Assembly (NCBI GenBank): GCA_013239625.1
Contig: MU053513.1
Span: forward strand, 2,468,927 to 2,532,926
DNA: 64,000 nt
Reading direction: 5' to 3'
Source of the DNA: Lama guanicoe
Taxonomy: Eukaryota
The notes under the pieces were generated by a model. The model was not told the DNA's origin. It ran no database searches and saw only the letters and a list, made by a program, of their open reading frames with translations. Each line of letters opens with the position of its first letter. The first letter of the stretch is position 1. Both the position numbers and the translations under genes were made by a program. Below, in pieces: positions 12,889-22,618 of the stretch.

Positions 12889-13703
12889 CTGCGGGCGGGC
12901 GGGAGAGAGCAGAGGAGAGGCGCTGAGCGCCGAACCGGGAGCAGCGCGCTCCGCGGGGACACCGGCGGGACGGTCGGACGGGTGGGGGAGGTCCGGGGGC
13001 GGGGGAATGACCCGGGTCCTATCCCGGCCGCGTGCAGCCCGGGCGGAGGAAGCACCGTCCCCTCGCGTACATCAGGGGATGCTCCCCAGCGGCGCTGCTC
13101 TTGGCCGCCGCCGCCTCCCAGATCTCTCGGCAGAGGACAAGTGGTGCGCGGCGCCGGGCCACGCGAGGGACAGCGCGCTGGCAGCGGGGACAGGGGTGGG
13201 CTCGCACCTTGGGGAGGGGACCCTCTGCCTCAGCTCGGCTGTTAGAACGTCTAGCCCTTGCCCCTTCTCCTTTCTGGACCCGTGGTGAGCCTCTACCTCA
13301 GCGATCCTTGCAAGTTTTAAATCTGACAAGGAAACCAAGAAAGTCTGCAAAGGTCCCCCTGCCCGCCTCTCTTAGTTTTTGCGAGGCTGTTGCTTTAGGG
13401 CACCCCCATCCCCGAGCAAGGCGCCCACCACCCCACAGCTTCTCTAGCTCTCCGCTGTCCGCTCGGACCGCCCGCTGGAGAGCCAGGAGCCCAGCATCCC
13501 GAGTTCCTATTTGGGCTCTGGGAATCCGAGCCAGGCAGAACCGAGAAATCGGGAAGGAACGCGGAGCAGGTGGAAAGTTGTCCCTTTGTAACAGGCGACC
13601 TCGCAGCGCAGGGTTAGGCGCCCTGGAGCTCTCCCGAGGGCCCCGGGGACGCTGCGCCCCGGAGTCCCGCCTCTGCCCAGAGGAGTTGCAACAAATGACT
13701 CAC
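12889..13703 (-). other. ST6GALNAC5: ST6GALNAC5 intron 1 (815 nt, GC-rich, GT-AG)
   Basis: Bounded by the gtgagt donor after exon 1 and the pyrimidine tract plus cag acceptor before exon 2. Confidence 0.93.
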
Positions 13704-13718
13704 CATCAGGGTCTTCAT
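13704..13718 (-). CDS. ST6GALNAC5: ST6GALNAC5 coding exon 1 (MKTLM), alpha-2,6-sialyltransferase ST6GalNAc V / GD1alpha synthase
   Basis: Minus strand reads cccaaa ATG AAG ACC CTG ATG | gtgagt, a canonical donor at 13703-13698. MKTLM is the known N-terminus of mammalian ST6GalNAc V and joins exon 2 in phase 0. Confidence 0.95.
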
Positions 13719-13745
13719 TTTGGGCACCTCTTTTGTGCGGAATCT

Positions 13746-13790
13746 TCAGGCACACGCGTCCGGAGCCACTTTTTCTTGGAGGGTTTCCAT
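13746..13790 (-). other. Upstream ORF in the ST6GALNAC5 5' leader (METLQEKVAPDACA*)
   Basis: cccaccATGG (optimal Kozak), 14 codons, then TGA; ends 27 nt before the main ATG and is in the same frame. Confidence 0.8.
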
Positions 13791-15954
13791 GGTGGGTGAC
13801 TGGGCGGAGGCGGCTCCGATTTTCGCCCGGCTGCCAGCCGCGGCTGAGTGGGCAGGGGAGCCGCGGGACCCAAGGAGCGCCGCTGTTGCAGAGATTAGAG
13901 ACAGAATTAAAACTGAACCGGACCCTCGTAGTCTCTCAGCGATCTACACAACTGCCGCCTGCCGCCGCCTGCTGGGTCCTAAAGACCTCTGCATCCACCC
14001 CCTTCCCGCCCCCAAATAATAATCTTCTCAGCTGAGTAGAATTTTTGGGACGAGAGAGTTAACCGTGCCAGTATACCCATCTTTTGGTCCAAGGGCTTAT
14101 TTATCTTTTATGAAGTCACCAAGTGAAAAGGAAGGAGAACCCGTTTGGATTCTGAACATGATATCCATTTGAAAATTTGCAAACTAGAATTAATGTTTTG
14201 TGATTTTTAGAAAAACAAGTCTACAGTCCAAATGTCAATGGCTTTATTTATAGCATTGGCGTTTACGATCAGAGCGTGGAGGAATTTGTCACGAAATAAA
14301 TTTTAAAATAAATTATTTATTATTTCAGTTTCCAATTGTAAGATTTCTGCTATCCTCTCCCCCCTTTATTTTACTTTTTAAATTCAGTTATTCTCATGCA
14401 ATCTTTATAATTTTCATCTAAATTATTTCATGTATTACTTGTTTTAAATAGTATAATTTATTTTTCTATCAAAACTTTGAGGTTCCTACTATTTGTCTAA
14501 ACGATTTAAAAGTGTTAAGAACATTCAGCACATCATACCCACATGATGAACTGGACCTGTAGATTCTTCCTAATTTAAATGAAAGATTTCTGGCTGCTAA
14601 AATAAAACTGCTTACAGCTTATTTTGTAAGAATTCTCAGGCCTTTGGTGCTCTCCTAGTGTTGGTCTACTGCACTGACAGTACATAATTCCACATTCAGA
14701 ACTTCAATGAAAATTAAAAACAACAATTATTCGGGGTGTTTTTGGAAATTCACATCAATAGCTTGTTTTAAAGGTACTCTCCCCCACTCTTACCCCGTGC
14801 TGAATTACAGATGGCATTTGTTAAATGTCTAATTTAGGTAAAAACATATTTCTGGTGAAATTGCTCAGTGAGAATAGTCTCGTTAATGTATTACTTAACA
14901 CCTCACCTGTAGCAGCGTAATGGTAAAGATTACATTAAGATGAAAATGATCAGCAGGCCAACTGAACCATAGACACAATAAGAGCTTTCTCAAGGCCAAA
15001 AAAGGCATTACAGTCCTCTTTTAATCTTCACTAATCCATTGCTGGACTGATGATACAACAGGAACTATTTTTAACTTATGAAGCATCCTTCTATACTCCG
15101 TATTGAGAAAGTTAAAATTAATCGGAGCAATAGTGTTTGGGAGAAAGCGAAAAACGTGTGGGATTTGGCCTTTCAAGGAAAAACAAAAAATTCCAAACAC
15201 TGTCCAACATTGTCAGCCTTGAAGCTATTTATTCAGTTTGTGCTTTGGGCATGAATAGCACCAGTTGTTAGGGCAGGAAGAGCAGCAGCCGAAGGAGAAT
15301 CTTATCGGGTCTTGGCAATTCTTTATTGGATGGTTGCACTTGACACTCAAATTAAGGAAACAAAGGACCAACTTGATGCATCACTGCAAGCAGATTATCT
15401 GTGTTTCTCCAGGGCTCCTTTTGAGATGCTACTGGATGTAGCTTCTGCATTTTTCAGAATCATTCCCCTTCCATCTAGTAAGTTGCCCAGTGACCAATAA
15501 AACACTTCTAATATATTTTGCCATGCCAAACAAAGCCATCGTATTTATGATTTAAGATCATGGCAGTACGTTGGACATCTGTCACACAGTATGTCTGACC
15601 AAATTCATTAAGCTTATGCCTTTTTTCTCTCTCCTGGGATAGTAGTTAGCGAGTTCCTAGACCTACTTATGAAATGGCCAGGGTAGACTTAAAAAAATGT
15701 AATTCTGAAGTTGATTTGAATAATTTCAAGGTCTCTGCCTTTCAAATTTTTGATTAGATTGATGTGATAGTTTTAGACACTCTGGACTGAGAGCCAAATG
15801 GACAAGGTGGAGAAGGGGAAGGGCAGCTAAAACAAGTAATAGAAGTTAAAATCCTTGTGCTGTTCATTTAATGATCACCTGCTATCTGGTGGTTCTATAT
15901 GAGGGAATACAGAGAGGAATAAGACGCAAATCCTCTTGTTTGAGTTCACGACCA

Positions 15955-15990
15955 TGTGTGTATGTGTGTGTGTGTGTGTATGTGTGTATG
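15955..15990. repeat. (TG)n microsatellite with TA interruptions, adjacent to the MER41-like LTR
   Basis: Directly visible. Confidence 0.9.
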
Positions 15991-16003
15991 ACAAGTCTGC
16001 AAG

Positions 16004-16501
16004 TGGGACAGGAGGGAAGGGGGCAAGGCACAACTAAAAGAATGATGCAGCAATTAGCACCAAGATAGTGGAAGATTCAAATCCCTATGGACTTTGAGCT
16101 TCAATATACGCTCATTGAAATATAATAGTATGGTAAATGGCGCCCACAGGTGCCATGGCAGTTTCAAGGCTGCCCATAAAAGGTCAAGGAGTGGGTGATG
16201 GTCCAGTTCCTGGGAATCCCAGCCCCTTCCCCAAAGTAGTTGGAATAATCCTCCCACTTGTTTGCATATGAATTTACCAAGCCCACAAAAACAAACAGTC
16301 CCTCACCTCCTTTGAGGTGGCCTGCACTCTGTCTGTGGAGTATGTGTCTCTCTGAATAAATCTACTTTCACTCAACTGTGGCTCGCTCTCGAATTCTTTC
16401 CTGTGCGAAGCCAAGGACCCTCACTTGATGGAGTGCATCCCAGGGACTCGCCTGGGACCTGGGACGTGGCCATCCTCTTGCATTCCATTTTTCCTGCATC
16501 A
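16004..16501 (+). mobile_element. Solo ERV1-class LTR, MER41-like
   Basis: TG...CA termini, near-TSD CAAG/TAAG (16000-16003, 16502-16505), AATAAA at ~16355, and MER41-family blocks (accaagat, gccatggcagtt, gaataatcctcccacttgttt, gaattctttcctgtgcgaagccaagga). Confidence 0.75.
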
Positions 16502-17559
16502 TAAGTTGGCAATAAAAGTCAGATTGTTAGAGATTTAGCATGTATTTGTCAAGTGCCTACTATGTTAAGCACTTACTATGCGTCAGGCATCAGGATACTT
16601 GGATCCCGTGCTGCCCTGAAGGAACGCAAAGTCTACTCTTTCCAAGTAAGTGCTGTGAACCTTTATATTACAAAGAATTAGGAATCTATCAAAGTACTTG
16701 GCTTGTTTTTCAACTTCTGAGTGCTTGTTTATTTAAGACCTGAGGGGTTTGATATTTTAAGGGTAGCCACCTCGGTTTTCATAACTTTTTGTACACTTTT
16801 AAGTTAATAATTTGAAGAACCAGAAAGAGCAGAAAATAAGCAGCATTCATAGACACTCGATTGACTTGGAAATGAGTAGACAAGTCAATAAAGCTTTTTT
16901 AGTTCATCCACCTTGTCCAGTTCAATACAAGGTGAGTAGGGGAATCACAATTTGCTTCTCAAAATCCAGGTAGCTGAGATGGACTTCTCACCACTTAAAA
17001 TTTTGCCACATATTTGCCTCTGGTGCCATCACATCCAAGTAGACTCAGATTTGGGCGGGGGAATGGACAGAAAGAAAGAAAAAGAAAGAGAAGGAAAGTA
17101 AAAGAAATTGACTGTTCCGCAACGTAGGTTATGTGATAAGCATAAGATGAGGATTTATGAGACCAGGCATGTCACAGGGCAAGGAGGGAGGAGGTGGTGC
17201 TCCTGCCCGGGAGGGAGGCCAGCCTGTGCCCGTGGACACAGAGGTACCAGAGAGCTACCAGGGAGGTGGGAAGACAAACTGCTGGAAACCAGTGAGCCCT
17301 GCCCGTGACTCCTAAGTGACCTCTCAAATCAGAAACAAATGTGTCAAACATTTCCAAAAGGGATAGAAGACAGAAAGCAACATAATGTAAACTGCATTGG
17401 AGATGTGACTGCTTTCCCCTTTATGATCTTAAAGAAAAAAGTTCTGCTGAATGCTACAAAAGCAGAAAGCTTCATAGTGGCAAAAAGTCCCAGAACAAAG
17501 TTGATACTTTTCAACTTGGGTTCCTCAGTTTAGTCAACTCACTTCACTTCACAGGCTGC

Positions 17560-17765
17560 GGAGAACAAGTCTTTGGAGTCAGGCGGCCGGGACCCAGATT
17601 CTGACTTGACCACTTCCCAGCTCTGTGAACTCGGTAAGCTATTTAGCTGTGCCTTAGTGTCCTTATCTGTAAAAATAGCAACCGTAAGAGCGTTGTTGTG
17701 AAGGTTAAATGAGATACTACAAGTGAAGTGTCAAGAAGAGTACTAACAGGTTGTTAACCATTATT
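17560..17765 (+). mobile_element. MIR SINE
   Basis: tttggagtcagg...ccacttcccagctctgtgaactcgg...ccttatctgtaaaaatag...gttgttgtgaaggttaaatgagat core. Confidence 0.8.
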
Positions 17766-18009
17766 AATAGTGTTTTACAATTATGATTGAAAAACTAAGT
17801 TTGACAGTGAAAGACTAGGATTTGACGTGTGTGACCAAGAGTTGCGTGACCTTGAGCAAAGGACTTTAAAAATATTTAAACACACGCTTAACTTACTGTG
17901 TAATGGATATAACAAAGCCCATCCCTAAATTGTTGGAGGGCTTATTAAAACGTTGTGTATGTGACTGTTTGTAAACTAGGAAGCTGTGCGTGAGCTAAGA
18001 TGATGGGAA

Positions 18010-19020
18010 CTCATTCATTCATCTAACAGATATCAACTGAGCATCTACTGTGTGCCAGCGCTAGCCAGTTCTAACCATGGGGATGTGATGGAGACACGCG
18101 AGAAATCTGCCCTATGAGGCTTATATTCAAGCTAGGGCAATAAACCAATCTAATAGAATGTCCGGCACTAGGAAGAAAAGGAGGGTAAAAGAAGCAGTTA
18201 AAGATCGAGGTGGGGTGTGGTACTGTGTTAGCTAGGATAGTGACATTTGAGGAGAGATTTGAATAGAGTGAGGGAGTGAGCCATGAGACTTTCTGGGAAA
18301 GGGCATTTCAGGCAAAGGAAATAGCATGTGCAAAGGCCATGAGGTAAGAGCTTGACTGACATGCTGAAGAGACAGCAAGGAAGTGGGTGTGTCTGGAGTG
18401 GAGGGAATGAGAGGGAAAGTAGTTGGGGAGGAGGGCAGAGAGCCAGTCCAGGGCCAGATTGTATAGGGCCTCACAGACCACAAAAAAGACAGTGTGAAGG
18501 AAACCCACTGGAGGGTTTAGAGCAGGGGAAGACCATGGAGCCTTAATGCTTTGGAAAGATCACCTGGCTGCTGTGCTGAGAGTAGCTCAGGGGGAGCAAG
18601 AGAGGAAGGATGGAGACTACTTAGGAAGCTCTAGGTGCGAGGAGGTCGTGGGCCTTTTAGGAGAAGGGACTGGTTTCAGGATTTGCTGGTATTGGTTATG
18701 AGACATGAGAAAAAGAAAGGAGGCAGCGAATACAAGGCTTTAGAACTGGGCAGCGGGGAGATTGAAGGTGCTATTTCCAGGATGCAGAATGCCACAGGAA
18801 AAGCAGATTTGGAGGGGGCTAGACTGGAGAATGTAGACTTAAATGGCCTCAGTATGAAATGTCACAAGCCACTGGAATTCAGGCATGATGTTGGGCTTAG
18901 AGGCACAAACAGGGCTTCACAGTTCAGAAAAGGATGAGGTCACCTAGGACTGAGCCAGGACACAGAAGAAAAGGGGTCACAGGCCTGAGCCCTGGGAACT
19001 CCAAATTTCAGATGCCAAGA
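18010..19020 (-). mobile_element. LINE-2 (~1 kb)
   Basis: Starts cattcattcatctaacagatatcaactgagcatctactgtgtgccag (L2 3' end, reverse complement); includes gcatgtgcaaaggccatgagg and ggaaagatcacctggctgctg L2 blocks. Confidence 0.85.
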
Positions 19021-19694
19021 ACAAGAGGCATTATTCCAGTACTGTTAATGCTGAACAATAATAAACGACTCTCTGAACTTGATTTGATTTCGGTGGCTGA
19101 TTATTTTCCTTTTGAATGGATTTTCCGTTCCAAGTCAGTTAATCATTTATGTCCTCAAAGCACTTCTCAAATTCTGTTATTGTACCAAGCATATTCATTT
19201 ATGTATTTATTGTTCATCCTTCCTTCTAGATCATAAATTTTCTAGAACTGGAGCTGTGTCCTGTAACTGTTTCTATCCTACAAAGCCAGACCATACAGAG
19301 GGTAATAATAGTAATCACTAGCATTTATCTGGCTCCGATTTGCCAGCACTAGTCTAGAGTTTTACATCCATTTGCTACCACAATACCCCCATGAGGTAGG
19401 TAATGTCACCATCCCCCTCTCACAAATGAGTGAATTGAGGCACTGAGACTCATTTGTCCAGAGACACCCAGGCTTTGGTAAGTGGTGGCATTAGGCTAAA
19501 TAAATATTTGTTAAAACAAATAAATATTCGTCAAAGAATGAATGAATAGCAGCTTTATGAGAGTTCCCATAACCCACTTCTTCTACTGAACTCTAAATTG
19601 GTCTGATTCATAAGAACATAGTTTACGCCCAGTCTGTAGGTAGTATAACCAAAGGCAGTTCCTTGTTTTGTGATGTGCATTTCTCCTACTTTTA

Positions 19695-20370
19695 TTTTTT
19701 CAAGATATATTTTACACACAGTAAAATACACAAAATGAGGTGCACAGTTTGATGAGTTTTGACAAAACTCTATACCTTTTCCCTACCTGCACTATCAAGA
19801 TATGGATCATTTCCAGCATCCCAGACAGTCCCCTCGTGCTTTCTTCCAGTCCCACTAACCCTCACCCCATAAGCAAACAGGCAAACATTGTTCTGATCAC
19901 TGCAGGCCAGCTTTGCCTATTCTAGGATTGAATATAGATGAAAACGTACAGCATATGCCTTTTCGTCTGACCTCGTTCACTTAGCATACTATTTTGAGGT
20001 TTATCCACGCTGTTGGGTGTTTTAAGCGTCTGTTCCCTTTTATTGCTGAATACTATTATGTGAAAACGGCACAATTGTTTTTATCCATCTTCCTGTTAAT
20101 GCACATTTGGGTTGTTTCCAGTTTGGGGCTCTTATGAATAGAATTACTAAGACTGTTCTTGTCTTTTGATAGATGGATGGTTTAATTTTTCTCACATGAA
20201 AACCTAGGAGTGGAATGGTTGGGTCATAGGATAGATGTCTGGTGAACTTTGAAGGAAATTGTTCAACTGTTTTCCAAAGCGGTTGGTCCGTTTTTTTTAT
20301 TCCCCCCAAATGAGAGTTCCAGTTGTCCCACGTCCTGTCAGCACCCAGTGTGGTCAATGCTTTTAAATGT
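19695..20370 (-). mobile_element. Old L1 (L1M) 3' end with ORF2 C-terminus
   Basis: ORF 20040..20357 gives QPLWKTV...YDPTIPLLG...LFIRAPNWKQPKC, matching the L1 ORF2 C-terminal domain. Confidence 0.9.
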
Positions 20371-22140
20371 CTCTTTGCTTTTGTACAGTTTTCAAGATAA
20401 AATTAGAAATCTTTGCTCAGCATCCTGGGTCCTTCCCAACTACGCAGCCGCCATTCCCTGTGACTCTCATCTCCTGACTCTACACAGGAATCCTTTGAAT
20501 TAGCCATGAAAACCATATTTTGAATTGACAGCATTTATGGTCGGTCAGATGAGTCTTTCAACAAGCCCGTTTCTGTCCTGGTCCCTCACATCTCAGCCTG
20601 GGCCTGGTCCCCAGCAGCCCCTACTTTCTGAACCTACAGTCGGTCAGCGAGTCCCCTCCTTAATGTTTCCACAGCTCAGCTTAAAGCACAGCCTTGGAAT
20701 CACACCGAACAAGGTTCGGCCCAACCTTTGACGCTAACTCGCCTGTGTCCCAGCACGAGCCACTAACTGCCCTTCTCAGTTCCCTCATTTGAATCAGGCA
20801 GGTGGTAAAACCTTTTGAGCAGAGTAGTTATGTAGACAAAATGTACCAACTCATGTGAAGTGTTCATCACCATTCTGCTTATCAAACAAAAGGCATGTTT
20901 TCACAGGGAGCTGCCTGTTTGGTTTAAAGGGAGGAACGTTCATTCTCAAATGCTGATTGAGCTTACAATAAAAAGAACAGTTAATAACAGTGCTAATTGT
21001 AGGCAGTGGCTTTTTAAATCGGTAATGGTGTCATCTCCGTTTTACCAATGGAAATGGAAACATAGCGATGGGAGGCCATTTGCTCAAGGTCACGTGTCTA
21101 AAGGGACAGAACCAAGAGGTGACCAAGTCTGTCTGACTGCAGAGCCTTCCCTCCCAGTCTCCGTACTCCACACTCCACTGTTTTCTAAATGCTCTGACTC
21201 TAAGCCAAGGCCCCCTCTAGATGCTGGCAACACAAAGAGGAGACAAACTCAGTCCTCACTGCAGAGGACAGACCCACGAGCAGGCGATCATACCCCAATA
21301 TGCTAAGTTGAGTTAAAAATGAAGAATTAGAGGGGTCACAGAAGAGCGACATACGGCTATGTGAGCGTGTTTCATGTATGATTTCTGGCAAAAGGGAAAT
21401 GTTCTCTGTTGGTTTTCAAGATCACTAGAAACAGATCAGGAGAAGGCCAGTGTCCCTTGGCAGAGAGGACAACATAACACAGTCATGGAAGCATGGAACC
21501 TCATGGCAGTTGCTAGAAACAGAGAAGGAGTTTGTGGGTGATGTAGGGAGTTATCAGAACCAAGCTGGTTCTGTACAGTTGTGCAGGTTGTGCAGTGTGC
21601 AAGGATGCATATCTAAGTGGGTATCACAATCATAATTGCTGCAGGTTTGTGTATGTATTTTGTCAATTTCCTTGAAAATGACCATGAAGAAGTATCTTGC
21701 TCTGCACGTTTCAGAATATTATAACAATTTTCCATTGGTTAGAAGTCTTGTAAGTATGGGAAGCCTTTTAAAATTTGCACAATAGTGCTGTTTGGGCTGG
21801 GAGTGCTGTGGTCACAATAACTTTCTAGGTGAATGTCTCTGGAGACCGTGAGAGGGATGGCTTTGTGGGGGGAAGGACTGGAGCCAGAGAGAACAGCCAG
21901 GAGATTGCTGTGGAAATCTAAGTGACAGATAAAGGCTTCGGCCAGGGCAGTGTTGGTTGGGATGGACTCAAAAATTCTTATGCAGGTATTATGTTGCAAT
22001 GGTTAAAGTGGATCAAATGCTAACTATGCAGAAGAGGATTTATAAATATAAAGCAGCGCCTTTTCCATGCAAAATAGTATGTGTAATTCTGGCCACCTTT
22101 CAAAATGGTGTAGAAAAATAATAAAAAGTGGCTTACACGA

Positions 22141-22618
22141 TGTTTTAGTTTGGGTTCTCTCAGAAGTATATGCAGGGATAAAGATGCACGTGCAAGTATC
22201 TGCTTGTGAGGTGAAGGAAAACTTTTTGGGGATGCGGGTGTGCAGGGAAGCAGTAGAGGGAGGGAAGACAGCCAAGAAATGGTGCATAATCAGGCAAGTT
22301 ACTACTGTAGACAACTGGGGCTCAGTCCTGCTGGGGAAATTCTGGCAGCCAGTGTAGACGGCAGGCCTTGGTCGTTCCACTGAGGGCCGAGGGAGTAGTG
22401 TCTCATTTGTTTGGTTGAGGGCTGCTCTGGGCACGTGGCGACGGGCCCGGATTCTTTGGCCCATACTCCCTGCCTCACAGGTGGCAAAGCCAGCAGGCTC
22501 CCAAGGCTGGAAAATTCCCTCAGGCAGAGAGGGGCAGGTGCTGGAGGTTTCGGTCCCCAGTGGCACTGAAGCGGCAGAGGCGGGGGGTGCGGGCAGAACA
22601 CTCCCAACATCTGCAACA
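22141..22618 (-). mobile_element. Solo ERV-L LTR (LTR33/LTR16-like)
   Basis: TG...CA termini, with LTR33/16-type blocks (tgggttctctcagaag, caactggggctcagtcctgctgggga, caacatctgcaaca). Confidence 0.7.

Larger units (their letters stand above)
12130..14015. promoter_or_regulatory. CpG island / ST6GALNAC5 promoter, exon 1 and exon 2
   Basis: Abrupt rise in GC and CpG density against an AT-rich, CpG-depleted background. GC-box/E2F-like TTCCCGCCCC at 14003-14012 and an initiator-like GGCAGT on the minus strand with A at 13953 (putative TSS, inferred). Confidence 0.9.

Noticed and set aside
13157..13178. Possible REST/NRSF (RE1) site in a neural gene
   Set aside because: Only the GGACAGCGC right half matches; the TCAGCACC left half is absent.
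12393..14035. Long plus-strand ORFs (155, 224 and 255 aa and others) across the CpG island
   Set aside because: Low-complexity Arg/Gly/Ala/Pro-rich translations antisense to ST6GALNAC5; long frames are expected where GC-rich DNA lacks stop codons, and no recognisable domain is present.
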